Below, one piece after another: positions 1 to 14,587 of a stretch of 64,000 bases of DNA (the stretch's first letter is position 1; every line of letters starts with the position of its first letter). The translations under genes and the position numbers were made by a program. The stretch is from positions 78,244,001 through 78,308,000 of the forward strand of contig OZ024747.1 of the NCBI GenBank assembly GCA_964016885.1, given 5' to 3'. Source of the DNA: Eledone cirrhosa (Eukaryota). The notes below the pieces were generated by a model. That model had not been told where the DNA came from. It worked only from the letters and a program-made list of their open reading frames with translations, and ran no database searches.

Positions 1-3000
1 TATATGTATGTGCTGTGTGAGGTGTGTGTATGTGTGTGAGTGTGTGTAAGGGTGCATGCAAGCACATGTATGTATGTATGTGCTGTGTGAGGTGTGTGTA
101 TGTGTGTGAGTGTGTGTAAGGGTGCATGCAAGCACATGTATGTATGTGCTGTGTGAGGTGTGTGTATGTGTGTGAGTGTGTGTAAGGGTGCATGCAAGCA
201 CATGTATGTATGTATGTGCTGTGTGAGGTGTGTGTATGTGTGTGAGTGTGTGTAAGGGTGCATGCAAGCACATGTATGTATGTGCTGTGTGAGGTGTGTG
301 TATGTGTGTGAGTGTGTGTAAGGGTGCATGCAAGCACATGTATATATGTGCTGTGTGAGGTGTGTGTATGTGTGTGAGTGTGTGTAAGGGTGCATGCAAG
401 CACATGTATGTATGTATGTGCTGTGTGAGGTGTGTGTATGTGTGTGAGTGTGTGTAAGGGTGCATGCAAGCACATGTATGTATGTGCTGTGTGAGGTGTG
501 TGTGAGTGTGTGAGTGTGTGTAAGGGTGCATGCAAGCACATGTATGTATGTGCTGTGTGAGGTGTGTGTATGTGTGTGAGTGTGTGTAAGGGTGCATGCA
601 AGCACATGTATGTATGTATGTGCTGTGTGAGGTGTGTGTATGTGTGTGAGTGTGTGTAAGGGTGCATGCAAGCACATGTATGTATGTACTGTGTGAGGTG
701 TGTGTGAGTGTGTGAGTATGTGTAAGGGTGCATGCAAGCACATGTATGTATGTGCTGTGTGAGGTGTGTGTATGTGTGTGTGTGTAAGGGTGCATGCAAG
801 CACATGTATGTATGTGCTGTGTGAGGTGTGTGTGAGTGTGTGAGTGTGTGTAAGGGTGCATGCAAGCACATGTATGTATGTGCTGTGTGAGGTGTGTGTG
901 AGTGTGTGAGTGTGTGTAAGGGTGCATGCAAGCACATGTATGTATGTGCTGTGTGAGGTGTGTGTATGTGTGTGAGTGTGTGTAAGGGTGCATGCAAGCA
1001 CATGTATGTATGTGCTGTGTGAGGTGTGTGTATGTGTGTGAGTGTGTGTAAGGGTGCATGCAAGCACATGTATGTATGTGCTGTGTGAGGTGTGTGTGAG
1101 TGTGTGTAAGGGTGCATGCAAGCACATGTATGTATGTGCTGTGTGAGGTGTGTGTATGTGTGTGAGTGTGTGTAAGGGTGCATGCAAGCACATGTATGTA
1201 TGTGCTGTGTGAGGTGTGTGTGAGTGTGTGTAAGGGTGCATGCAAGCACATGTATGTATGTGCTGTGTGAGGTGTGTGTGAGTGTGAGTGTGTGTAAGGG
1301 TGCATGCAAGCACATGTATGTATGTGCTGTGTGAGGTGTGTGTGAGTGTGTGTAAGGGTGCATGCAAGCACATGTATGTATGTGCTGTGTGAGGTGTGTG
1401 TGAGTGTGTGTAAGGGTGCATGCAAGCACATGTATGTATGTGCTGTGTGAGGTGTGTGTGAGTGTGAGTGTGTGTAAGGGTGCATGCAAGCACATGTATG
1501 TATGTGCTGTGTGAGGTGTGTGTATGTGTGTGAGTGTGTGTAAGGGTGCATGCAAGCACATGTATGTATGTGCTGTGTGAGGTGTGTGTATGTGTGTGAG
1601 TGTGTGTAAGGGTGCATGCAAGCACATGTATGTATGCGCTGTGTGAGGTGTGTGTATGTGTGTGAGTGTGTGTAAGGGTGCATGCAAGCACATGTATGTA
1701 TGTGCTGTGTGAGGTGTGTGTGAGTGTGTGTAAGGGTGCATGCAAGCACATGTATGTATGTGCTGTGTGAGGTGTGTGTATGTGTGTGAGTGTGTGTAAG
1801 GGTGCATGCAAGCACATGTATGTATGTGCTGTGTGAGGTGTGTGTGAGTGTGTGTAAGGGTGCATGCAAGCACATGTATGTATGTGCTGTGTGAGGTGTG
1901 TGTATGTGTGTGAGTGTGTGTAAGGGTGCATGCAAGCACATGTATGTATGCGCTGTGTGAGGTGTGTGTATGTGTGTGAGTGTGTGTAAGGGTGCATGCA
2001 AGCACATGTATGTATGTGCTGTGTGAGGTGTGTGTATGTGTGTGAGTGTGTGTAAGGGTGCATGCAAGCACATGTATGTATGTGCTGTGTGAGGTGTGTG
2101 TATGTGTGTGAGTGTGTGTAAGGGTGCATGCAAGCACATGTATGTATGTGCTGTGTGAGGTGTGTGTGAGTGTGTGTAAGGGTGCATGCAAGCACATGTA
2201 TGTATGTGCTGTGTGAGGTGTGTGTATGTGTGTGAGTGTGTGTAAGGGTGCATGCAAGCACATGTATGTATGTGCTGTGTGAGGTGTGTGTGAGTGTGTG
2301 AGTATGTGTAAGGGTGCATGCAAGCACATGTATGTATGTGCTGTGTGAGGTGTGTGAGTATGTGTAAGGGTGCATGCAAGCACATGTATGTATGTGCTGT
2401 GTGAGGTGTGTGTATGTGTGTGAGTGTGTGTAAGGGTGCATGCAAGCACATGTATGTATGTGCTGTGTGAGGTGTGTGAGTATGTGTAAGGGTGCATGCA
2501 AGCACATGTATGTATGTGCTGTGTGAGGTGTGTGTATGTGTGTGAGTGTGTGTAAGGGTGCATGCAAGCACATGTATGTATGTGCTGTGTGAGGTGTGTG
2601 TGAGTGTGTGTAAGGGTGCATGCAAGCACATGTATGTATGTGCTGTGTGAGGTGTGTGTATGTGTGTGAGTGTGTGTAAGGGTGCATGCAAGCACATGTA
2701 TGTATGTGCTGTGTGAGGTGTGTGTGAGTGTGTGTAAGGGTGCATGCAAGCACATGTATGTATGTGCTGTGTGAGGTGTGTGTGAGTGTGTGAGTGTGTG
2801 TAAGGGTGCATGCAAGCACATGTATGTATGTGCTGTGTGAGGTGTGTGTATGTGTGTGAGTGTGTGTAAGGGTGCATGCAAGCACATGTATGTATGTGCT
2901 GTGTGAGGTGTGTGTGAGTGTGTGAGTATGTGTAAGGGTGCATGCAAGCACATGTATGTATGTGCTGTGTGAGGTGTGTGTGAGTGTGTGAGTGTGTGTA

Positions 3001-3570
3001 AGGGTGCATGCAAGCACATGTATGTATGTGCTGTGTGAGGTGTGTGTGAGGTGTGTGAGTGTGTGTAAGGGTGCATGCAAGCACATGTATGTATGTGCTG
3101 TGTGAGGTGTGTGTGAGTGTGTGAGTATGTGTAAGGGTGCATGCAAGCACATGTATGTATGTGCTGTGTGAGGTGTGTGAGTATGTGTAAGGGTGCATGC
3201 AAGCACATGTATGTATGTGCTGTGTGAGGTGTGTGTATGTGTGTGAGTGTGTGTAAGGGTGCATGCAAGCACATGTATGTATGTGCTGTGTGAGGTGTGT
3301 GTGAGTGTGTTAGTGTGTGTAAGGGTGCATGCAAGCACATGTATGTATGTGCTGTGTGAGGTGTGTGTGAGTGTGTGAGTATGTGTAAGGGTGCATGCAA
3401 GCACATGTATGTATGTGCTGTGTGAGGTGTGTGTGAGTGTGTGAGTGTGTGTAAGGGTGCATGCAAGCACATGTATGTATGTGCTGTGTGAGGTGTGTGT
3501 GAGGTGTGTGAGTGTGTGTAAGGGTGCATGCAAGCACATGTATGTATGTGCTGTGTGAGTATGAGTGCAT
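1..3570. repeat. Minisatellite, about 56-70 bp variable unit (GTGCTGTGTGAGGTGTGTG...TAAGGGTGCATGCAAGCACATGTATGTAT), running off the left edge
   Basis: About 55 direct tandem copies that differ only in the number of internal TG/TATG blocks. Confidence 0.97.
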
Positions 3571-4773
3571 GCAAGCATACGTATGTGAATCATAATTGTT
3601 GTGTATGTTGAAAACAACATAATACTGGAATATTTCACAGCTGGGAAAGTAGGTGTGTGTGTGTGTGTAAATGTGTATGTATGTGTGTGTGTATAAATGT
3701 GTGTGTATGTATGTGTGTAATACTTATATTACCAATTAACTGTTGATATCAAGAATAAATTTGTCTTTAATAGAATCTGTTTAATAATTAATAATTAGAT
3801 TATATTTTTTCTCTCTGTAAATATAAATATATATATAGATATATATATACATATATATATACACACACATGGTACTATAAATAAACATGGTATTATATAC
3901 ACACACATACATATATACATATATACATATATATATATATTATATTATATACATATATGCATATCCTCTCTCTCCACTATGTCTCTATCTCAGGTTTTTC
4001 CTTTCAAGTTCCTTACATGATCCTCGTTAACCACTTGCCTTGTCTTTAGTAACTCCTCCCCTACTGCCTCCACTAAGAATTATTGTTGTTTCAGATCAAA
4101 TGAAACTGGTAGAAAGCCAAGATATGTTGATCTTAATGTTTGTAGATCATCTGCAGTTGTTTTTATCAGTAGTTAATAGTCATGAGAAAATTATGACTAT
4201 CATACAATTTCATTTGTTCAGCAAGGAGAGGGTGACACCTCCTTCATATCTAATATCTCTGTATACATGGTTGTGGGCTTTGACAAATTTCTTTTTTAAA
4301 CTACATAGTCTGGGGTTTGATTTCATCACATACATACTTACACACACACACATATGCATATATATGTATATTTTTGGTGCAGTCTAAGTTACACACTATG
4401 TATATATATATACAGATATAGCTTTGTTATATATGTATGTCTATATACACACACACATGTGTGTGTGTGTGTTTGGAGAGAGTGATATCAATTTAGAATG
4501 TTAATTTCATTACACCTGTTTCACCTATAACTCAGTTCTAACTATTGATGATTACATGATTCTTAAACACAATTTCTACTTATAGTGCTGGTGACATGAT
4601 AGAATACACTCACTACACACTGAAGTGGTTGGTGATAGGAAGGGCATCCAACCATAGAAAACTCAAAGACATGAGATCCTCTATAGTACACTCACTACAC
4701 TCTGGGATTCAGCAACAATGATAACAACAATAATATAAAAACAAAAATAAAAGAATTAAAAAAATGATCTAAC

Positions 4774-4833
4774 CTTTTCTTGGATTCCATGAAAATGTCA
4801 TATTCTTGAGCCATTTTACAACATAATGCTTGA
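4774..4833 (-). CDS. fng: Fringe glycosyltransferase internal exon (60 bp): (R)[19 protein letters not shown](R)
   Basis: Acceptor ttttattttcAG and donor GTtaga on the minus strand; phase 2/2 joins in frame to the 11870-11912 exon; peptide matches the Fringe motif [21 protein letters not shown]. Confidence 0.93.
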
Positions 4834-5549
4834 CTGAAAATAAAAAAAGGAAAAATTAAAATTAAAACTAAACATACATCAGAACTTTGTTAACCGTTTC
4901 CTCATTGTGTTTCTAATTAGATACTCTATATTTCAATTAATTAATGAAGAATTTTGAGGGATTTGCTAACATATATTTATTATTACATTACCAAGTTACT
5001 AACATATCCTTAAAGGGTTAATAGTAAAAAAATAAGTGGTTTTAATTGTGGGTATCTTCTCTCAGTGTAAGATTTATCTTGCATCTCATCATCATCATCA
5101 TCATCTTCGTTTAACGTCTATCTTCCACGCTAGCATGGGTAGACGGCTTGCATCTACTTATTAATAGAGATAAGTTCTGCTCCATGGGAAAGGATGCTCG
5201 CAATTTAAAACACTTATTCCCTTCTTCAACCTAACAGATGACAATGCAACCTCACTAGTGTTGGTGCCATGATAAAATACTTCCAGTGTATTCTGTAAAA
5301 TAGTTGATGTTTAAATAGAGACAACATAAGATAGATAAGAATCTTTAGTCTGACCAAGGAAAAAAAATGATAAAAAGCATTTGGTCCACTTTAAGTGAAT
5401 GGTATCAGTAAGGGTATCTAGCTGTAGAACCTATACCCAAAATGGAATGTTCAAATGAGATATGTAGGAGGGTAGTGACTCTGAATAAAAATTGAATCAA
5501 ACTGTAACAACCTGCCTGTGTCACCCATGAAAACTGGACATAAATAACG

Positions 5550-5695
5550 GTTTCTGATTTAGGCACAAAGCCAGCAATTTTTGGGAGAAGGGAAAGTCGA
5601 TTAAATTGATACCAGTGTGTGTGTGTGACTGGTACTTTATTTTATCGACCCCATAAGGATGAAAGGCAAAGCTAACCTTGGTGGGATTTGAACTC
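5550..5695 (-). mobile_element. SINE fragment, family with core GAGTTCAAATCCC...TTTGCCTTTCATCC...GATAAAATAAAGTACCAG
   Basis: Same block recurs at about 12675-12795, 38690-38865, 47081-47240, 59090-59225 and 61600-61680; B-box-like GAGTTCAAATCC. Confidence 0.75.
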
Positions 5696-5768
5696 ATAAA
5701 TAACTAATCTTATCACTGAATTATAGCTAATCTTATTATTGAATTTATAATTATAGTTAACCTTGTGA

Positions 5769-5879
5769 ATTATTGAAGCTCTGGGAAATTTGAATGTGTG
5801 ACAATTTCAAATACAGAAAATAACTTATTTACTGGGTTTGGAATTCTCACATTTTCAAATTTCCCAGCACTTCAATAAT
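5769..5879. repeat. Imperfect palindrome or MITE-like hairpin, about 110 bp
   Basis: ATTATTGAAGCTCTGGGAAATTTGAA... pairs with ...TTCAAATTTCCCAGCACTTCAATAAT. Confidence 0.75.
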
Positions 5880-6841
5880 GAATGTGATGGAAATAGTGTG
5901 GATTCAGATATACAAAATAACTTTTTTCAAACAGACACAGACATTAAGTCCTTACAAACAAAATGTCTGTTAAGATTCTGTTAAGATTAAACTATGTTAT
6001 ACAATGGCAACTGTACTCTTTCTTTAAGTGTGTGAAATCTGGACAATGTGAACGTCTGGTGACATCCTCATAGATTAAACATAATCAGAGCAAAATGACT
6101 GTCTTTTCAGGTTTATCTTTCCACAGGATCATTTTATTTCAGAAACACTCTTTCTTCTTCTTATTATTATTATTATCCCTTTCAGAAAGATTCAAACACA
6201 GAGAGATAAATGTGTAAAGAATAGCAGCAGACATTTCCTAACAATTCTGGGTCAGACATCCACCATTTTCCATGTGTCGCCTTAAAATTTATTGAAGTTG
6301 TCCCCACCCCTTACAAGCACACAATTTTGTAACAAGAGCAAAAGCTGATCAGTAACAAATATCCTTCATTTGTTTGAAGTGGGGGTCACAGTATAAATGG
6401 GAGTTGTTTTTGTTGATGTTTAGCCTTATGTCAACCCTGAAAAATTGCCAACCTATCATGAAAGGGGTTGGTACGGGACCGCCAGCAATAGAGGGGACTG
6501 GTGGACCTAGTCAGTTCTATGCACGATGATGCCCCTAGGATCACTGACCTAGGATGGCCCCAGTCTCATCAAGCAAAAGCAAGATGTCTAGCAACAAGTA
6601 CTATCTTTCTCTCATTTATACTAACTTGTACACATTTATATGTATATATAAAAGTGTGTGTGTACAACATAATAATAACTGTATAATATATTTTAACTTG
6701 TGCCAACTTAGAGAGAAAATAGAAGCTAGATCATCAAATAGAAATAAATCAAAATACTTTCCCATGACTTTTTAAGTACTTTTGTCAGATTAAGTGATTT
6801 GATTCTGCAAGAAATAATGTCTTAATTTTCATCACCCGCAG

Positions 6842-6897
<56 letters not shown>

Positions 6898-9889
6898 TAT
6901 ACACCTAAATGCATATGTTTATTATGTGTGTTAAATATATAAATATATCTCCTAAAAAAGTCATATCTTGTGCCAAATTACAATCTTAATTAATGTCCTG
7001 ATGATAAACGAAAATAAAACTAAAATACTATTTTTCAAAGCAGGCATTTTGTCTTGTTTTATTGTATGGCTAAGAAACATTGACACTATTTAAAACATAT
7101 TAACCCTTTTGGTACTATACTGCCTAAAACTGCCCAGTGTTATGATACAAGACTGCTCATTTTAAAGTGTTTATATTTACTTAAAAACCTTTTTTCATAA
7201 TTTCATGTTAAGTTATGTTCCAAACACCAGCTTAATAATGAGAAAGTTATATTACTAAATCCTTCCAAAATCTTCATTATTTTCAAAAAAAAAAAAAAAA
7301 AATAAGCAGTCTTTCATTAGAAATATGTTAGCAACAATATCAACAAGAAGCATTTTAATGCCATTTTCCCTGCTAAAGTGGGCCCCATGACAAGTTTATC
7401 CATGTTGCTCTTGTCTGTATCCCTCTCATCAATTCTCCCTGGCTTTCATTCCCTTCTCCATCATCTTTAGCCATGCCTTTCTTGGTCTTCGTAACATTCA
7501 TTTCCATCACTCATTTCACCCAGTCAATTTCCTCCTTCTTCAACACACGACCCAAGCCAACCATTCCATTTCTTGTCATAACATTCATCACATTCCCATC
7601 AACTTCGGTAACAAAAAGTCAAATACATTTTTGGCAAAAAAATGTGTTTGACAAATGTTTCACGAATTTTGGGGAAACAAAAACGATGCCAAGATGTTGA
7701 GGTTTATGAGTTTGTGACTTTTGTAAGAATAGAAACTTTCTTGAAATGTAGCAGACTGAGAGCCATATATTTTATATGAAAGATGAAAGATTTTTAAAGC
7801 ATCAACACTGTGGAGAACTGGATAAAGACCACCCATCTCTCAAATTAAAGTTAAGCTACAAAGACTACCTTAAATCTGATTTGAAAAAAAAGATATTATT
7901 CATGTAGAAAGTTCACAAAAAATGCAATTGCATTCAAGTATTTTGGTGAGAATCACATTAACCTATTTGTTGTCATATTTCTAAAGAAAGACTGCCTATT
8001 ATTTAAACATAATTTTGAAAATAATTACGGATTTAGTAATATAACTAACGTTTTTATTATTGAGAACAATGGTTCTTACAGAAAATTGTGATGGAAGCTT
8101 TTTAGGTAAATATAAACACTTTAAAATAAACAGTTTTGTATCATAGACCCAGAGTAGGTAAAGTATTAAACATGTAAAACAAACAAAATAGAAAGAAAGG
8201 AAACCCTATAGATATTAATAATCTTAATGTCTAGTGTAATTTCTGTTTCTCCCACAACTGGAATCCCTGGCAAGATTTGAACTGAAAACAGTGTGATACT
8301 ATAAACTATTACACACCATTTTGCTGTCACAGCCAAATTATTTTCTGATAATTTACAGGAGATTCAGTCTATTAAATAATTGGAAAATGTACCAAAAATA
8401 TTTAGCCTTGACTTCAAAGAATTGAAGGAAAAACAACAACAAAAACAAAGCTATGATGTGTGTGTGTAGGGGGGGGGGGGTGAGAGAGAGAGAGAGAGAG
8501 AGAGCACATTTCTCCCTTTTTATCTCAATAAAAAAATATTTTTTTTTATTGAAAATTCTTTTAATAATTTCTTTATTTTTAATTTATTTGAAAAAATTAA
8601 GAGGCCATGTATATATATACACTTACTACACATACATATATAAGTATGTGTGTTTGTGTGTATATATATTATAAATATATATATAATCAATAGATTGTCA
8701 AAGATAGATAACTGACAGTCCTTTTTTGCGATAACAAGACTTTTTAAAGAAAAATATTTTTCCTCTCTTTTACAATTTTATTCATAGCATAAATATATAT
8801 ATATATATATATATAGTCATCATAGAAACAAACACATCCAAAATAGATCCTTTTGCCAGCTCCTTCAAAACTAATACATTTAAATAGATGAAGAAAGAAA
8901 AACGAACAAAAAGGGTAAAAGAAAAAATATCTGGGAATTTCTAGTATATCATTTTCCCACGGTCTCTCTAATGCTATAGTATAAACTTCATTATAGGTTT
9001 TAAGACTTCTCCTTCTTCTTCTCTTGGTTTCTCTGCCTCCTTAAGAAATGCAGGGAGAATGAGAAGAAGAAGAAAGAGGAGAGAGAAGAAAAGAAACAGC
9101 GAAAGCAGCAGTAATAGTCAGAGCTGTAAAGTGAGGCTGAATTGATTAAAAAAGAAATGTTTTTGTTGTTGTTTTTTGAAATTTAAATTCTATTTCATTT
9201 CATTTCATTTCATTTCATTTTGTTTCACAAGTTGGTAGTTTTCATTTATTTGAAAGAATTCACGGTCTTAAGAAGTAAGCCAAACAAGGTACCATGCTCT
9301 ATAGTATATAATACAGCTGTTACAGTACTACAATAGTTGTTACTATAGAGCATAATATAGTATATAAAATACTGTACAGGAACTACTTAAGATTATATAT
9401 ATGTACATAGATACACACACGTATATAAATATATATACATACATATACATCCATACACACACAGACATATATATTATATATATATATATAAATGAACATT
9501 AAGACAGGGTTGTGTTATTACATAATATATATAATGTTGGCGCCCAGTACACCCTGTAAAGTGTCAGTGTTGGTACCCTGATAAAATGCACCCAGTACAC
9601 CCTGTAAGGTAGTTGGTGTTAGGAAGAGCATCAAGCCATAGAAACCATGTGAAATATGGAAGTTAACATGTAAGGTTTGTTGTTCCAATCCATCTGGCCA
9701 TGACAACCCATGCCAGCGAGGAAAAGGGACATGTACCTGTAATTGATTAACCTTTGTCATAAACTGTGTCATGTTGAATCTCCCTTAGAATTACATTAAG
9801 GACACACCTGTCTGTGGAATGTTTTGTAACTTACATGTTAATTGTATGAACATGTAGTTTCATTGATGAAACAACTGCAACACCCTTGA

Positions 9890-10610
9890 TAATACAGTGG
9901 TCCAATGTTATAGCTGTAACACCACACACCACTGTAACACCACACACCATTGACAGTACAGTGGTCCAATGTTATAGCTGTAACACCACACACCATTCAC
10001 AGTACAGTGGTCCAATGTTATAGCTGTAACACCACACACCACTGTAACACCACACACCAGACAGTACAGTGGTCCAATGTTATAGCTGTAACACCACACA
10101 CCATTGACAGTACAGTGGTCCACTGTTATAGCTGTAACACCACACACCACTGTAACACCACACACCAGACAGTACAGTGGTCCACTGTTATAGCTGTAAC
10201 ACCACACACCATTGACAGTACAGTGGTCCAATGTTATAGCTGTAACACCACACACCACTGTAACACCACACACCATTGACAGTACAGTGGTCCAATGTTA
10301 TAGCTGTAACACCACACACCACTGTAACACCACACACCATTGACAGTACAGTGGTCCACTGTTATAGCTGTAACACCACACACCACTGTAACACCACATA
10401 CCATTGACAGTACAGTGGTCCAATGTTATAGCTGTAACACCACACACCACTGTAACACCATACACCATTGACAGTACAGTGGTCCACTGTTATGGCTGTA
10501 ACACCACACACCACTGTAACACCATACACCATTGACAGTACAGTGGTCCACTGTTATGGCTGTAACACCACACACCACTGTAACACCATACACCGTACAG
10601 TGGTCCACTG
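9890..10610. repeat. Minisatellite with alternating about 43/61-bp units (ACAGTGGTCCAATGTTATAGCTGTAACACCACACACC...)
   Basis: About 13 tandem copies with an optional internal 18-bp duplication. Confidence 0.95.
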
Positions 10611-11555
10611 ATATGACTATATACAGTATATGTTGTCATTGCAGAGCATCTGACGACATTGGTCAATTGGAAGCTATTGTAATGGTTAACAAGCAGCTAT
10701 TGTAGAAAACACTTGGGAATGGTGATGCACAGTGTACCTTGAACAAAACTATCAAATGTTTCAGTTTTTAAAGATGGTAGGGTGTAAAATGTAAGGGAAA
10801 TTTAGCTACTATCTCTAGCAGGTCAGGCAACCACACTGAAGCTCCATCCTTGACTGGTTCCTCACTCAATTAAGAAGCCTGGTGCCAAATGCAGACTGTT
10901 CAACTGTGATTTGGTTTATTCAGTTGTTTTAGGAATTGTCCATAGAAAGGTTTTATTAATTCCCATGGTCTGTTTGTTATTTCCTATTTTACATTTTGTT
11001 TTTATTATTCTTTCCCTTTTATTTCTATATATTTGTACATTTCTGTGTTTGGCTTTTCTCAAGAATCTTTATATTACTTATTTCTACTAAATATTTCTGT
11101 GCTTGTTTCTTTATTAAGCACTAACTTATTCTTTTTGTCATGTTTTTCCAACTGTATATACCAGGGTGTCTTGTTTTTGCTAGAAGTAGGGTATATGTCC
11201 AGGACAAATGTAGAAGATTTATAGATAGACTCCGGTTGCAGAAGGCAGCTCCTTCATTCTGTTTAAGGATATAAATGTGGTGTGTATTAACTATTTATAT
11301 ATAAGAATGAGCTGAGAGAAAATTGGGCATAAGAGGAATCAGATATAGTGTACAAGCTAGAAGGAAAATTGCACTGGTATGGACATGTGATATATGTGGA
11401 TGATGATTGTTGGGTGAAAAAGTGGCAAGACATTGCAGAGGCAAGAAGTTGCAGTAGAGGAAGACCAGGGCGGAGGTTGTGATTGGAGGAATGCAATAAA
11501 TGGAGGGATGCTGTGCTGGAGAAGATCCATTCATCCATGCATGGAAAAACATGTA

Positions 11556-11687
<132 letters not shown>

Positions 11688-11869
11688 TTATTGGTGTTGC
11701 TGGAATGCCTTTCATCATAGGTCTGCTAAATTATTGAAGGCTGACTTTGAGCTATATAACCCCTACACCTCCACTATCCCTACATCCCCATTACCTCTAC
11801 AAAACAGTCAGGGGTAAAACGAAATTCTATTTAAATGATAAAAGAGAATTTTAAAAAGAAAAGGTTTAC

Positions 11870-11912
11870 CGATTATGAAGTGCTGAGCAATTGGTGTTGA
11901 TCATATGGTTAT
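11870..11912 (-). CDS. fng: Fringe glycosyltransferase internal exon (43 bp): (N)[13 protein letters not shown](R)
   Basis: Acceptor ttttcgtttcAG and donor GTaaac; phase 1/2; matches the Fringe ITNCSAAHSR motif. Confidence 0.93.
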
Positions 11913-12989
11913 CTGAAACGAAAATTAAGTTTAAAAATATAACAAAACAAAGTTTAACCTTGAAGAGTATGTATATTTTGAATAAAAATATATAACATGT
12001 TGGTTTGTTTATATTCTGAACAAGGGTGTGTATAGATTTTAAATACAAGAACGCAAAAATTATGTTGACATTTTGAAGAAAAATGTAAAGAAAATATGTT
12101 TATTTTAATCAGATGAAAATGTGGTGTGAAAATGATTAGGATTAAGGGAAAGAGAAAAATAAAGGGGTGCTGTACTGGAGAGGACTCATCCAACCCATGC
12201 TAGCTTGGGATGTGAGGATGATGGTAGAAAGGGAAAATGGGGTTTGTCTTTCATGTGTTTTTGATGGGCAAATTAAGTGTACCAGTAAACTACTGGTGTT
12301 TGATTCAATTGAATACACTCCATCTTCAAAATTTGTGGCCTTCAGAAATGGTAAAGTGATGGACAAATTGTCTGACAGTATTTAGTGACATCTTTTTACA
12401 TTCTAAGTTCAAATTACATCCAGGTTGGTTCTGTCTTTCATCCTTTCAAGAGCGGAGGTCAATTTTATAATGATCATATCTTAATATTAATGTTAGTTCC
12501 AGACAACAGATTAAAAATGAAAATCTCCAGATATCTTACTGAATTCTCCTCTAATTTTTCATTATTTTAAAATTAATTAAAACACAAGGGCTATGCATTT
12601 CATTAGAAATATGTTAATAAAAGGGTTAAATGAGAACATATAATTAATTAACCCTTTCATTATTTTATTCTCCCCAAGGTTAGCTTTGCCTTTCATCCCT
12701 ACAGGGTTAAAATAAAGTACCAGTAACACACTGGGGTCGATTTAATTGACTTTCCCCTCCCCAAAAATTGTTGCCTAGTGCCTAAATCAGAAACCTATTG
12801 AAAGACACTGCCTATGATATTGAAATCATTTTGGGAATTCATAAAGAATTTGGAGGGATTTAGTAATATAACTAACTTTCTTGTTATTAAGCTGGTTCTT
12901 ACATGAAATTATGATGGAAGATGTTTTAGATAAATATAGGATGTCGATCAACAAGATCCTAGACCTCATTCGCTTACCGAGTGGGATGA

Positions 12990-13196
12990 GTCTCATCAAA
13001 TCAGACCAAGGAAACAATGTTTCCATTGGTCTTTCCAATTGCTGATACTATCTACTGGTCACAACTCCTGGCAGAAGGAGCAACGTGAAATAAAGTGTCT
13101 TGCTCAAGGACATAACACATCAACTGGTCTGAGAATCAAACTTACAACCTTATGATTGCAAATCCAATTCTCTCACCACTAAGCCATGTGCCTTCA
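12990..13196 (-). mobile_element. tRNA-derived SINE
   Basis: Minus strand reads GGCACATGGCTTAGTGG (A box) then CCTTGAGCAAGACACTTT; about 200 bp shared with the copy at 59865-60054; head shared with 16885. Confidence 0.85.
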
Positions 13197-13566
13197 CTAG
13201 ACAAATATAAACACTTTAAAATAAACAGAGGCAGTTTCAAGTGGTTTTGGTATCAAAAGGGTTTAAATCTACATCAGTACTTGATGGATATATTCATTTC
13301 CTTGACCCACTGACTGATGAAAGGAAAAGCTAGGTAGGATTTGAACTAAATACCAAATATAGGCGTTGTGCAGTTGCTTGTAAATATAATAAACAGTAAT
13401 AAAAAGTAATAATAATTAAACAAAAAAAAAACACTATTTTATGTCGAAACTATAAACTAAAGTTGATTCTATTGTAACTTTAGAAAAACCATCATTTCAG
13501 CAAATCTTTCTCTTTTAGTCTGGGAGTGGTGAGATGGAGAGGAACTGGATCTGTTAAAACACACAA

Positions 13567-13597
<31 letters not shown>

Positions 13598-14085
13598 AAT
13601 ATAAAACACACATACATATATATATATAAAACACATATATATAAAACACACACACACATACATATATATAAAACACACATACACACACATATATATAATA
13701 CAATTTTTTAGAAAAGAAATATTTGCTAACCAGAAACGTATATAAAATCAACAAGTGTGAAATTTCTATATTTTTTTAAACAACAAGCTGGATAACATTG
13801 AGTTATTTAATTTCACTGGGGATTGTTAAAAGTTAGAGACTTTTGTTGTCTTTTCATTGAAGTACCAGAATAATGGTATTTAATACATAACAATATTTAC
13901 CCCATCATCATCATCTCAACAAAATAATAAGGACCCCATATTTTGTCTGAGTAAGTTTGTGTGTATGTATATGTATGTGTGTATATATGTGTGTGTGTAT
14001 TTTTCTCTCTTTCCTTCAAAGCATGAATCTAATAAGATTAATTGTTTTTCAATCTCTGTTTGTAATTTTTTAAAAATTATTTAAT

Positions 14086-14123
<38 letters not shown>

Positions 14124-14220
14124 ACTACAAGAAGACAAGTAGAGAGATGCTGAATAGGACCCATCCCACCCTTGTAAGCAGGGAAAAGCAGACGTAAACC
14201 GATGATGATATATATATATA

Positions 14221-14552
14221 TAAAATAAAACAAGGATGAGTGGTTACTCCTTTACATTTATTGGTAGGTGACGCGTGTTTCGCCACCAATCAGCTCAAGG
14301 TTCGATCTGTATCGGTCTAGTCCAACTCTGTAATTGATTACAGAGTCGGTCTAGATCAATACAGATCGAACTTTGAGCTGATCGGTGACGAAACGCGTGT
14401 CACCAACCAATAAATGTAAAGGAGTAACCACTCATCTTTGCTTTATTTTATTATAATACACTGTCTAGCTCTACACCTTGATATAGACATGAACCTAAAC
14501 ATCGAGTGCTCGCCCGGGTGAACCTACAGTAACTCCGCGTTACACTCCCTGG

Positions 14553-14553
<1 letters not shown>
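14221..14553. mobile_element. Fold-back insertion in (TA)n: 230-bp imperfect palindrome (14221-14450) plus a 100-bp unique tail
   Basis: Arms centred at 14335/14336; each arm has GAAAC-NNNN-GTC followed by AATAAA; tail carries TCGAGTGCTC; TA repeats on both sides. Confidence 0.75.

Positions 14554-14587
<34 letters not shown>

Noticed and set aside
4040-4387. 115-aa plus-strand ORF
   Set aside because: Non-ATG start, no recognisable domain, ends in a microsatellite
6995-7020. CTGATGA...GAAA hammerhead-like word (similar words at about 13314, 49564 and 60343)
   Set aside because: No stem II, no UH site and no closing stem I; chance matches or SINE sequence
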